From: Ascidiella aspersa
Taxonomy: Eukaryota
Direction of reading: 5' to 3'
Length of the DNA stretch: 64,000 nt
Assembly: GCA_963924565.1 (NCBI GenBank)
Contig: OZ004609.1
Span: 30,814,001-30,878,000 of the forward strand
In this document: positions 51,099 to 63,698 of the stretch, piece by piece
Layout: every line of letters begins with the position of its first letter
Position numbering within the stretch: the first letter of the stretch is position 1
The notes under the pieces: model-generated
The model's input: only the letters and a program-made list of their open reading frames with translations
The model's database searches: none
What the model was told of the DNA's origin: nothing
Program-made: the position numbers and the translations under genes

Positions 51099-52357
51099 CA
51101 CTATAAAGTACAGATTAAATCATACAAAGAACTCAAGCTCGGCAATGATTACATTTTGTATTACCGTCCATAAGGTCATCTGAAACGTATCGTTTAGCTA
51201 TTGTTTAACTTTAAACGGACATCACACACCCTAAAAAATGTGCAGCCTGTTGTAAGTGTAATACTTGCAGGACGAAAAATCCACCCATCTCAAGACTTTA
51301 GCATTTCCATACATAAAGCTTTTCCTCAAAAATCGTTTTGTGCGATGCTATGTGTTGTGTTGACAAAATTAGTCTAAAGGTTTTCTCAATTTTCTAAAAG
51401 AATTGACTAAGTCAAGCAACAACACTTCTACGCTTTACACGAGGACAACGTGTTCTTTATCTACCATTATCGCGAACCAAGTGCTTGTCAGATTACCTGC
51501 AATACATTTGGAGTCTGCAACACAAAAACTTCAGGCGAAACACGTTTTATTCGAGCCTACAAACTGACCAGTTTACCAGCTGCAAACAAAATCGATCGCA
51601 AAAAGCCCACGGAGAGCGAAAACGAAAACTTATCTGTGCACGGCAAAACTAATGCTGCCTGCAGCGCCCCGTCGCTTATCTGGTAAATCTACTGACTGGG
51701 ATATAAATGCACACAGCTCCGAGAATCTGACATCACGTTGTCCCGGAAATGCGCAGATAGAGACCACAGGCCTTAAAACGGTCTTTTCTCTCCGAAGCAA
51801 ACCGACGTGCGCTGATATCAGCAAAATCAGGATGAACAAATTCCAGCTACTGCGCCATGGGCTACTGCAGAAAACTAGCAGAAACGAGGTTACAAATTCC
51901 GAAACCGAATGCCGAAGAAGCAACGATTACTGTTGGCAAAGTAGTACCGAAATATGCAACAAATTGAGCAAATTCTACTTCTTCAAATCGTCCTGCCTTT
52001 TGATACTTAAAATCTGTCAATGCACTGATATAATACACATCAACAGTAACCGTTCGCACAAAACTTACTTGGTGATCTGTTTCGTACAGCATTTTCATCG
52101 CCCTTCCACAGGTAACAGAACAACCCGAACCAGCAGCGCAGTAAAGTTATTTACCTTCCCCCTCGCTGTCTATCGCCGCAACTCTTTTTCCCCGCGCTCG
52201 CTCTGACGTGCAACAATGAAAATTGACCCAAATTGCGAAGGCGATCAAATTTGGGCGAAGCGAAACGACTTTGCCCTGCGATCTAACGAGCCTTTTGCCG
52301 CCCGACGACCGACGCTAACTAGAAACGGCGAACTACAGCAGGTCACAAGTTTGTTGC

Positions 52358-52750
52358 CAGTGGCGTAGCCAGCCGAAAAATTGGGTGGGGGATAAAAAAT
52401 TTGAACTTTTTTTGTTTAGCTTTTGCCATTGTGTGAACTGCCGTATCTAACAAAAATAAATATGCTAGCAAACCGTTTCGAGCATCAACTGACTGAGTTT
52501 TAACGCAATGCTTTAAAAAACATTCAAAGAGCAGAAAACAAATGAACTAAAAATTAGTAAAGCTACAGATTAATAAGCATAACAAACGTAATAATAGCTA
52601 CATCGTTTGTGACGTAACAGTGTATGACAATTGAAGGTGTGGTATGCCTTTGATCAATTGTTGTACTGCTCATAAATGCTACAAAACAAATTTTTAGAAG
52701 TAAAAAATTAATATTTTTTTTTTGGGGGGGCATGGCCCCTGTAGCACCAT
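52358..52750. mobile_element. Degenerate non-autonomous DNA-transposon-like repeat
   Basis: Begins CAGTGGCGTAGCCAG...TTGGGTGGGGG and ends TTTTGGGGGGGCATGGCCCC, a terminal pattern common in invertebrate MITEs. The right TIR is not intact. Confidence 0.35.
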
Positions 52751-55700
52751 TGGATAAGTTAGCAGTCTAGCAGTTTGTTGCAAGTGTGCGGTGCAAACCG
52801 AAGAAACGGCATTCCCAATACTATTTTTGGTCTCCGAAATTTATAATATTTGTGTATGTATAGCACGGTAGTCTCTTGTTAGCAAATCGAAAAACATAAT
52901 TGGCTCGGTTAAATGGCCACATGTTTGGAAATTACTTAATCTTTTACTTACATTGTGTAAAAACGTTTACGCCTATGTTTGTTGCCTGAGCAACGCGTTC
53001 GTCGTTTGGATGACGTACGCGCCTTAGCACAAGCCTATTTTCATCGATGATCGTCGAACGCGCGCAATTACGTCTTTACGGCTCTGTAGTACCGCGCTAT
53101 ACCTAAACATTTCGGGCCACCACGACTGGTTCTACTACGCCCGCTACGTACGCCATTCTTATTTAGCTAGCCGCTGACATTTCGAGCGTTAGATGGCTAT
53201 CTTTGAGGCCTGTCCTGTTCTCTTTAAAAGTAAAATACGTTCCGTTTAGAGTCGAGTATGTATGCTTAGACTCTGTGATTAATATAAACTTATATAAAAA
53301 GTTGACCAAAGTTGCTATCTGAATAAGTATAAAGTTGCCACAGCACACTTTTTGTGTGAAATTATTTCTCAAAACCGTCTTTAGGAAATTAAAAAAATAA
53401 ACGACTAGCAGAGCTGCAGAGGTGAACACTATGCTTCAGTGTAAACAAGAAAACGTTTTAGGCTATTTCAACAAACAAAAAATAACCCTCGTTTCTATCT
53501 ATTCGCCCCACTAGCTTTCGCATGCTATACAGTAGCACAATGTTATTACAACAGCTCAGGACAAAAACTATATCGAACTGCGGGCTAACCTTTAGGCAAA
53601 ATTCAAATGGCATCACGATGTGACAGCCTCAGCTGCACTTTGAGCGACCGATGCGATCAGCTTTTGCTTTTACTAGCGCTGCGCTCTGCCGTTTTGCTGC
53701 CTAATGTGCGATCTGACATTATGCCGCGGCTTTACGCTAAAAGCGTAGAATCGGGACATCGCTAAAGAAAGAACAGAAGCGAGTTAGCTGGCTGTGAGGA
53801 TTTAATCGCTTAAAAATCGCCCCGTGACTCTATAAGAACGGTGTTCTTTTGCGTGAAAGACGAAAGACCATTGGTTGTGAACCTTAGTAGTGTAATTTTC
53901 CTTTTTTCTATTCCGAGAATTAAGACCCTAAATCTATTTAATTATTATCATTGATTTAAAATATCTAGGACGACCTTTGAACATTTGAAAAGTCTGGTTT
54001 ATCGTATTTGCTATAGTCAGCGTTGGGTGATAGCATCTTGTATTACTGTCAAGCTACCCCCTTACAACTGTCAAATTAGCCCGCTGAGGGTAGGTAAAAA
54101 ACACGCGTTAAAAATAAGAATAAAAGGTGTCCGTTTTTGCCCATGGTTGGAATTGATTTTCGTGGCACTATCCATGTAGGTCCCCGACCCGTCCGGCTAA
54201 ATCTAATCAGATGACCCCTGGGAAAACAACCTGTCGGATGCCGGCTAACGCCGCGCTATCACAATACGTGTTATCGCTTTTCACATCACCAAATGCTTTT
54301 TTCATCACCAAAGGCGTCGAAATAATTGGTTACCGGAAGCTGGGTGTAGTTTTAACGTCGGAATTGCGTGGAGTTGATAACTATTTATAAAGGCTATATA
54401 TAGTAGTTATACAAATATACAACCTTAAGTCGAGAGGGTGGTTATATCCAGGGAGCTTTTATAACACGAAGTGAAGTTAACTAATCTTTTCAGTGATATA
54501 ATTCGAATTCTCATTACTCTCAAAGGATGCTTTTAGTTTTCGAACCAGGTGTATTTTTTTCTATGTCCTTGAGCGAAACGGCATACTACTAATATTTTCA
54601 ACACCTACACTAATTTAAAACAGCATGAAATTACCCCGCTTCCTTGGCTTTTTCGCTTTCTGGACCAAATGTTTTTGAGACGGCTGAAAGTTACAATGCT
54701 CAGAGCTACATAACATAGCACGTATCATATACGTTTCACATTCACTTGAAAACTTTTCTATGTTTCTACGAATTAAAGCGCTTTCCCGTAAAATAGGCAA
54801 CCCGGCCGGACAAGCAGTTGCAAAACGTTTATAATTTCCTGCCTTTTTCGTGACACTCTCATGATTCTCAAGAGCCCACGCCCGTTCAGCTACAAAAGCA
54901 GGGCAACGACAAATCAGGCGACTCTGAGATTCGATCGTATCGAGCATTGAAGGCGTTTAGTGTGCTGCGCCTCTGCTCGTCTTCGAACCGTAAACATCCT
55001 GATCTCTAGCGCGTCGACGTCCATGCTTTAGCGAATCGGCCTGGCGAAGCTATGACGAACTAAGCACGCTATAGAGAGAGAGTGGTTTGTGGGTGAGTGA
55101 AGGCATGAGAGCGCGTTCGTTTCATGACGCTACTATCGCCCGGCGCCACTAGAGCGCCAAGAATCAAAGGGCGGAAGTGACGAGGGGAAGTCTTTGGGCC
55201 TCATACGCGAGTCACGTGGTGGGCGAGCGGGGTAGGACCAAGGGGTCAGGCGGCCGATGCCCAGCAAAATGACTGTTTTGCTTGCTTGCACAATAACTGT
55301 TTTGCATACACGATAATGCGCAGTGGCGGTTTGTTACGAAGGTTAATCAGCAGGCTCGTTTAATGTGGGATCGAAGGTTTGCTGCAAACTCATTCAAGGT
55401 CCTTGTATAATGTCTGTACTCTGTATGTAAGCAATTTGTCTGCGGTCTTTTTTCCGTATAACATAATTGAGCATTAGGGACGGCAAGCCACTATATCTTG
55501 AGCAGTTATTAATGCCGATTGACTGCTTTTACTTTTCTTTTTGTGTTTTTTTCTTGAGCTTAACGATTTAAACATAAACAACTATACTCGAAAGGCGCCG
55601 GGTGAAAATCAACGTAACCCTTTTTACAATATTGAAAACTGTCCACAATTGCATATATAAAGCAAATAAATTTTATTTTCCCTAATTAACAAATGGACAC

Positions 55701-56926
55701 ACTGTAAAACTAGGCATAAAACTCGAGTATTCACAGACACCCACAGGTGGCAACAGTGAATGCATTTCCTGCCTTTTCTGATGCTCTATTTTGACGATAC
55801 GATAAACAGTAAAGTTAAAAGGCGTGTCCAAAGGACCTTTGCCCCATTTCCTTCAACGGCTATTAGGATGCTTGTGGCTTCACTGGGATCAAAGAAAGTG
55901 AACAGACATTTTGATTAAAGTTCTTAATTTGGGCATGTTTTAAGTTGTCTTCTGTTTTGAATAAGCGTCAACACAAGCACAAAGAATCTAGACTGCTGTA
56001 AAGTTAGCAACTTTAATTCACTTGTGTTGTTATGGGAATATAATATGTCGCCTCTCTTTTAGCCACGTGCTGTAAAATAGCTTACTGCCTATATAGCTGC
56101 ACTGTTTACAACAAGAAGTTGAAACACTTCATTACTTGCTTGTTGGAAGATAAGCTGTTCGCCAGTTCCGCGCAGAAGTTGATGTTTCCTGCGTAAACCA
56201 CATGGTCATATTACGCATGTGTTGCCGATTTGTTACAAGCGCTTTAGTTTAGTAGATAGGTCAACGTATGGAACGACAATAAGGAAAACGCAACATTTCT
56301 GTAATATTTTGCAACGAATCACCCCCGTTTCTATATGACTAATTTATTTTCTTTTATTAGCGATATAGTGCTGTCACATCGTAGTACTTAATTATTGGCA
56401 CACTTGTTACAACGAACAACAGCTTTGCTTTTTAAATTGGACTATTTCCGTATCACTAATTTGCATGCAATTAAAACAACTTAGGTATTGGATGTAGTCA
56501 TATCCGTCATTTTAATAGATTGGATATAGATCACATTATATAGTGTTGTGCTGTGTTATTGAACATTATCTTTACGTATATGCCATGCTGTGAATAATTT
56601 TTTAAATTGGAATATGCGGGACTTTAAACTGTTTGTAGACTTTTTTCAAATCATATAAATGCTATTTTTGATTGCTATCTAATAAACTTAATTTGTGGCA
56701 AGTTCAATTTTAAGATTGTTTCAATAAAAAATCATTACAATGACCAAAAAACGAAGCTTGCACAATTTTATTGTGGCTCAATATAATTCGCAGTGGACTT
56801 GGCGAAGCAACAAAGCGCGTACATTCGCAACAGAGAAAGTTTGGCAATCATCGGAAATAAACGAGAATCAGGCCGCAATTCAGCTCTGTTCGTTTTTACG
56901 GGGCCGCCTGGGTATTTACAGGGCCG

Positions 56927-57139
56927 TCACAGAACGGGACACGGCTTGTCGTTAATGTGATGGTTGACGGCGCTGGGAGTCTTAGTGATGAGATAGTCGT
57001 TGGGCATTTCGCTGTTGCAATATTCGACCAGCTCCTTGGCTGCCACCGAAACTGGTATCCGCTCGATGTCGCACTCGAGCCGCAGCTGCTGGACAACTTT
57101 TTCGAGGCTCTGCATTTGCTGGCGCTCCTTAGTGGCCAT
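56927..57139 (-). CDS. GNG: Heterotrimeric G protein gamma subunit (paralog B, 70 aa)
   Basis: VVQQLRLECDIERIPVSVAAKELVEYC...DYLI with CaaX CPVL. Clear paralog of 46283-46483. A 5'UTR acceptor (cgctttccag) lies at 57221-57222. Confidence 0.95.
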   Translation of the reverse strand: MATKERQQMQSLEKVVQQLRLECDIERIPVSVAAKELVEYCNSEMPNDYLITKTPSAVNHHINDKPCPVL

Positions 57140-59925
57140 CGCGAGAGCTAGTTGTTTTGTTACAAGGACGATAAGGTCATTGTTGCCATAATATGCCCTT
57201 AATGGTTACCTAAGCAGGACCTGGAAAGCGGATGGTTTAATTAGTCACATTTTTGATAAACCTGTGTGGCATTTTTTTAGGTCATTTGGAATGAAAAACA
57301 ACTTGAAAAGGAAAAATATCGCGCTACATAATGACCGGAGTACAATAAAAAAACAGATTTAAGTTACGTAATAGCCTATAATTCCAATATAATAAAGATT
57401 ATTTCGATGGGTTTGCTTTCCTCTATTTCATTTATCTATTCATTACTTTCTCTTATTATATTTTCCTATATTCGTATAAAATAAAAACTTTTGCAGTAGC
57501 TAAAGGCGATAGGTCTACCAGCGATGCTGTACTTGTAGTTTTGCAGGTTAGGTCGTGGCATAAGACTAAGTAATGCTGTATAGTTTGGAACGAGAAACGA
57601 TGATCGTGATGTCTTGAACGAATTCCTACTTTGCACAGTTAGTCTTGCCAGGTTTTAACATAAGCAATCGGAGCAGAAAATAAAACAAGGTTAACATGTA
57701 AGCTGGAATACTACATCGGGGCAACTTAATATTCCACATTTTTGTTTGGTTAAATACATATTTTACCACATTCTAAATTAAGTAAAAAATTTGATTAACA
57801 AAAATAAAAAGATGCATTTTCGCCAACGGGAAAATATAATTATCAACTTTGTGCTCTCAATACATGCTAATTTGAAATATTACAAATTATTTTAACTCGT
57901 GATCAGACCTATGCAAACCTTTGTTTTTGTTGCTTTGCTAAAGTTAATTTATCAGCTCTGTATTGCGTCACCAAACGTTGTTCAACCATGATTGACGTGC
58001 CAGCCTTGAAATTCGAAACAGGAACAGTTCCTACAAACGACTTAACGCTTTAGGGAAACGTCATACATGACATTTAGCAAAGGGGACCTTCCTTAAACCA
58101 ACATTTCCTGTGACGCCACAGTCATAATTTAGAAACAGAGCCAACGCTTTATACTTTTCAACCCTTAACTTCTAAGTACTGAATGCCAAATTGATATCAT
58201 GACAATGAGATATTCAATTGAAAAAGGTGGTTTTGAAAACAGATAAACGATAACTTCTTCTGAATGAAATGCAAGCAGGAATACCAAGGGGTTAAGTTGA
58301 ATTTCGCCTCTTTAGCCGTGCATAGCATTACCTTTTAAGTTAATAGCTGGTCCTAACTTCTATTTGCTATTTAATTACACGATAAAAAGTCACAATTTTT
58401 TAAATAACTTACCCGCGTTTGAGAATCAATATTTTATTGAAATAACTGATTAAACTTTCCTCATTTTTACGTCGATTTAGTGAATACATAAAAGCTCTAC
58501 CATTAACCTTTCTTTGTCAAAGTGTTTTACATTTTCTATGGTGAAAAACACTTTGGTAAAGTATTCGATGGGCAATTCAATTTAACTTTTCATTGACTAA
58601 TAGAAGCCTGCTATGTCAAACCTAGTTGCGTGCTCAAATAGGCGGAAATGCAATGTGGGCTGGGTGTGGACTGTTGTCTATCTAAGCAGTCTCTGCCTCT
58701 TTGCTGTTAACGGGGCCAAGCATCATTTATTCCATTAGTGTCAACTTCCTGGAGTGTACAAAATTAAGTTTCACAAACCGAAGGTCACACGTCATATTTG
58801 TTGTTAGATGCAGGCTGAACTCTTATAAATAATTAAAGAAGCCTTACAGAGATAGCTCATTTGTTTAAATGGGATAATGTTTAGCCTATACGCTATTAGG
58901 GAGAACAGGTATGGTTTTAAAATATGTATCTGCTGCGTTTTCCTTGGGGGTTAACCTAATGGCAATACACATATCAAAATTATCTGCAAGTATGAATAGT
59001 TTCCAACATATAACAAGCACAATTTGGCGAAATTTTAATCTTTTTTTCAAGCTAATACTTGCTATAAATCGTCAAACTCTAACATCCTGCATTTGCAACA
59101 GACTGCCGTATGCCTTCAAAATCGAGCAAGATAGTATAGCAGCAACTGCAGTCTAAGCACCACGAAAGTCGGCTAGCTGCCCTACAAGCCTAATAGAAGC
59201 AAGCGGTTAGAGTCAGGCCGACTGAACGTGGTATGCGTCTTCTCGGCAGCTCTGCGAGCGGATAATGATGCGACGGAAATGACGAAGGAATTAGGCCTTA
59301 ACGACAAGCCTTTGCTCTGCGCTGCGCTTGATTGCGGATGAGAACAGTTTGCTTATTGTACAATGCCAACAGAGCGAAAATGGCCTTCTCAAACCGCAAT
59401 TAATCTCGAATTGTAACATAGACAGAAACTAAAATGTATCAAGTCGGTCAAAGTGGGGACTCGCCTTGGAACAAAAAATAATACGAACAACACAATGTCC
59501 GATTTCGTAATATAAATATTAGTCTGGCTGTGTACGATTTAGAGATAAAGTTAACAACAATATTTTAGCTCAAACGTAATTCCGTAGGCTACTTACTAAC
59601 TTGTTTTGTGTTTGCAAAACCTTTACACCTTAAAATAAAACACATATTTGTGCTTTGCGACACACTTATCGTGCTGCAAGAGTTGAACTTTTAGCCTGTT
59701 TTTCTGCGGGGTTAAACCTATAGATTTCCTTATGCAACCAAAAATGTGAGAATTCAACAATCGCGTAATTTAGTAGGCCTACTGTGAATGAATTTTATAT
59801 TTTTACACGTGGAAAATCAACAAATTGGAAAATGTAGCACTATACAAATATACAAATACACAGACAATGACGAGAAGACTCCATAAACCTTTGCCGACAA
59901 ACTCCTAAAGCAACTTGGTAAGATC

Positions 59926-60049
59926 TCAGTTATGCAGAACTGCCTGGATTGCAATACAAAAATTTTCCATTGCTATTTTTAACTCAGTAGAGTTATAAAA
60001 GGCGATACTCAGGCGAAGACAGTTTTTGAAATCGCCCACCACAGATGAC
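59926..60049 (-). CDS. PLP-dependent aminotransferase last exon
   Basis: Acceptor tttatgcag|G. Encodes SSVVGDFKNCLRLSIAFYNSTELKIAMENFCIAIQAVLHN then TGA, including the conserved RLS arginine of fold-type I aminotransferases. Confidence 0.9.
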
Positions 60050-60553
60050 CTGCATAAAAACATAAAATTTAGGGAACTCTTTTAGATTAAGATGATCCGT
60101 TCAATGACCAAGACAACAGTTTGTAAAACATAGCCTTCATTAAGAATTTTTAGAAGTAGATATACGAATTTAAAATAACAACAAATATTAATTAAAAATT
60201 AGAAAGATTGATTAGAATTAATTTGTTAAAGGCGTCAGAACAATTTCCGTTTTAAAAAAAACGACATATTTCCCGTCTTCATACTATTCCATCTAAAATA
60301 TAGTTGTTTAGATTTAGGCAATTCAGTGGGTTATTGTTTATATTTTTCAATAGGAGAAAATAAAAGTGCGTATGGATTTCAGGTCCCTTTTGTAAGTTTT
60401 ATTAGGTGTTAGGCCGTTTCGATAGAGTTCATAACGCCGTCATTCATTTTTACAATACTTTGCAAGGCTGCTATTACACATCGTTATTCTAAGTAATGAA
60501 AGGGTTTCATATCACTAGGAAATGGCCATTAAACTTAAATTGACTTAGCTTAC

Positions 60554-60732
60554 TGATTTCCAGGAAGAAATGTAACGGTGCTTGTCCTCTTGCATTCCTG
60601 TAAGACCTCGGCAGCAGAAACCCCTTCTGGAAGTCTAACCCACAAAAACACGCCACCAGAAGGACGCGATCTTGTGACATTGAGTGATTTCAACCGGTAA
60701 TCGAGAAATGATTTCACAGTCTCCATACGTTC
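60554..60732 (-). CDS. PLP-dependent aminotransferase exon
   Basis: ERMETVKSFL...PSGGVFLWVRLPEG...VTFLPGN. Phase 0 acceptor tttaag| and donor CA|gtaagc (phase 2). Confidence 0.92.
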
Positions 60733-61356
60733 CTTAAATATGGACATTGTGGATAGAATACTCTTCATATTTGAATTGCATATTTAGGCCTACTATTTAT
60801 ATTTAGGCTACATTATTTTTTAAATCACAAAGCAAAATTGATAATGATTTGTACAATGCACCGTCAGCCAGCAGAAACTACGAAATCAGTTGCCCTATTT
60901 ATAATAGGTTCTTATGTCAGTAAAACTAGTAATGTCGAATGGAACCAAGTTTAAGAAGGTTTCCTAAAGAAACGGCTAAATAAGTTTGATACAAGGACCC
61001 CGGTACGAACAAGTTTAAGCTATCGATACCGCTCACTAATTTAGACGTTGATTAAATTGGTTGTTAGCGTTTAATTATATTATTTTGTAAGAAATTACAG
61101 CAAGGTTTAGCAAATCCAAGATAATACCCTTTTCATATTCGGCTTGGTAATATGCAGTGCTAGCAAAGCAATTTACGCAGCAACACCCTGACCATTGTAT
61201 TTCGTTGATGCTTTAACGCTAACTAAATAAGTTCAAGTCGTCGATAATCTTTACCAATAAGGCACGCCAGAACACATTAAACGAGTTTATCACAGGTATT
61301 GGAAGGTATAACACCCTTTCCTGCGTGTACGAGTTTATCTTACGCAGCGGTGGCAC

Positions 61357-61598
61357 GTTAATCTTAACCGCCTCCGTACTGGCGTCGGCTGTTTCGGAAT
61401 GTCAATGCTGAAGTGGGGCTTGACCCACAATCCGGCTTGCATATGTGGCGCCCACCACCAAACTGCGGACCACATCCTGGAGGAATGTACCACCTACCGC
61501 CCACCCCACGGGGAACGAGGTCTCAAAGACCTCGATATTGACACTCTGAAATGACTCTCGTCAACAGAGCTCCGTGTTTGACACACGAAAGAAGAAGA
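61357..61598 (+). mobile_element. 5'-truncated non-LTR retrotransposon 3' end (I/Ingi/Vingi-like), antisense in an aminotransferase intron
   Basis: Translates VNLNRLRTGVGCFGMSMLKWGLTHNPACICGAHHQTADHILEEC (CCHC zinc knuckle of ORF2) and ends in a (GAA)n tail. Flanked by AGCGGTGGCAC (61346-61356) and AGCGGTAGCAC (61599-61609). Confidence 0.85.
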
Positions 61599-62151
61599 AG
61601 CGGTAGCACCGCACATTTGGAGCACCCGCTCAAACAGGTAAGGGTTGTGGCTCGAATCTTCCCATTGTCAAGGGGAGGCCTGGAATTCCTGAGCAAGCCA
61701 GTAGTGTATGCGCCCAGTCCTCTGGCAACCTGTCTCCACTAGGGAGCAGGTGCTAAAACCAATTTGCTTCACCATGGTTTGGTTTTGAATCTAGCGCATT
61801 TTTCACTTATAAAGGAGTCGCGCTGCAGTACACGTCCTGGAAACCCGGTGGACTACATTCACAGGGTTGGACGAACTGTCAGGACTAGACAAAAACGCGG
61901 TTTAATTCTTTCTTCCCGAAGCATAATTTTTCAGTGAATGTAGAACACGGTTAGTAATAATAGTAGCCTATATTAGCCGAAATTTTTTTTCGGGTGCAAA
62001 TTTGGTTCTGTAATGCTCATTTCTACGCTTGTTTTATAAAATGTGCACTACAGGTGCCAGTATTCGTTTGGGCCATAATTTCGTTTACATGCTTAGTTAA
62101 AATAGTTGCGGTCTCCAAAAGGTGTAACCAAAGACAGCTCAAGACATCAAC

Positions 62152-62369
62152 CTTATATTCCTTTCTGACAATCTGCAAGTGCTCGTCCATGTCTCCGTTA
62201 GCCAGAGCTTCTCCCATGATGTTGGATAGAAATGCGCTCATTCCAGAGCCGCTGTGAACCAGGTAGGTCTGCTCCAGCAGGTCGCCAACACGTTTGGGAA
62301 GTTCGTACCAGCCCAGACGAAGACCGGGACCGGCGATCTTGGAGAAGGAGCCGTTCGCCACCACGTTCC
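62152..62369 (-). CDS. PLP-dependent aminotransferase exon carrying the catalytic lysine
   Basis: GNVVANGSFSKIAGPGLRLGW (SFSK...GLRLGW motif). Acceptor ttttacag| and donor AAG|gttgat (phase 0). Confidence 0.93.
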
Positions 62370-62680
62370 CTGTAAAACGAGTTACATTCGAACATAAAAC
62401 TCTTATACACCTTACACAAGTGTGTACAACTGCGATCTGGCCCAGTCAAATTGCCTTTTTCCTTTAGCTCCTTTCTGCAGTTGTCTTTCTTATACGGAAC
62501 ACGAAGCTGCATCTAACGCCTCGTTCCACCACCCCTTTTTAATTGTGCCCAGTAAGAATGCTTTAAATGAACAAATCACACGCAAATTGCTGGCAAAAAA
62601 ACAAATGAAAAGCTATTTCTATTTCGCTAAACGCAAGCAAACGCTTGCACCCCCAATATAGATCACCATGCACAAGTTAC

Positions 62681-62851
62681 CCTTGTAATCCGCGTCACTC
62701 TTGTTGTCGTAAGCGAAAAGGCGCTGCGGGGAAAATGCGAACTTTTCCGGGTCGGCAGGGTCGGTTTCGTAGTTTAACGCATTGTAGACGTCATCTGTGA
62801 CTATCAGAAGCTGGTGGTCGCGGGCAAGTCGGACAAGTCGTCGACATTTTT
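62681..62851 (-). CDS. PLP-dependent aminotransferase exon
   Basis: EKCRRLVRLARDHQLLIVTDDVY (DDxY PLP-contact motif). Phase 1 acceptor and phase 1 donor G|gtaact. Confidence 0.93.
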
Positions 62852-62878
62852 CTGTTTTACAAAATGCAGATGTACTAT

Positions 62879-63102
62879 GGAACACTATATACGGATCTGT
62901 TCATAAGTTTAATGGTGAAAATAACGGCCCAAATAGACGTTAAAAGCGACATGCTTTATTTCCAAACGTTTCGGCAATTTTGATGATGGCATTCACAATT
63001 TTTGATGATGGCATCACTGATGATGGCATTAGAAATTGCCGAAACGTTTAAATAAAGCATGTCGCTTTTAACGTCTATTTGGGCCGTTATTTTCACCATT
63101 AA
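62879..63102. mobile_element. Fold-back insertion, Penelope-like remnant, with ~70-bp inverted arms, a hammerhead core and a 13-bp TSD
   Basis: Arms 62909-62980 and 63033-63102. GCAGATGTACTAT occurs at 62866-62878 and 63103-63115. CUGAUGA-U-GGCA...UGCC-GAA-ACGU-U lies at 63017-63048, followed by AATAAA. Confidence 0.8.
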
Positions 63103-63698
63103 GCAGATGTACTATTTTAGCTAATTCACTTTTCAAAACTATTGGCAATTGGTTTGAAACAATTTTTTCTAAACAAAAAATAAAGTTGTGCTTATGGATT
63201 GGTTTGGGGATGTTTTGATTCCTTTTTATTAGAAATATCCGATAATATCAAATTGGATACCAGACGCCAAGTGGCAAACTCAGTACTAGTCCGACTAGAA
63301 TGATATCGGTTCTGATCTGATGCCAAATTAATTTAGAAATGTCAGTCATCATATGCGATCCACAGGGGGGATTCTATACCAAACAATAAAACAAACTGAA
63401 AGGTTAACATCTGTATGTAACTAAACTTCCTTTTGGCTTAATAAATTTTTGGCAAATTTTTTTTTTTTGGAATTTTGGCTTAATAACCTCGGAAAAACTG
63501 CCTTTGACAGTTTCAATTTGATTTATTTTCCCTTTTTTGGCATAGTAATGACGTCATTGGTCACGATTCGGTTCGCGATACCTCGTCCGAAATATCAAGT
63601 ATCGGTATCGGACGAGTACCGATACTACCACTTGTTATCGGGTGTGGGCACCGATCCAGTGTTGTCGAACACGCGTATTCAGAATCAAGAAATATTAC

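Noticed and set aside
51652-52206. 184-aa + strand ORF
   Set aside because: No recognisable protein features; it lies antisense to the probable 5' region of G-gamma paralog A.
62023-62151. C-terminal part of the 113-aa ORF 62023-62364
   Set aside because: Similarity to aminotransferases stops at the donor after ..RKEYK. The remainder is intron.
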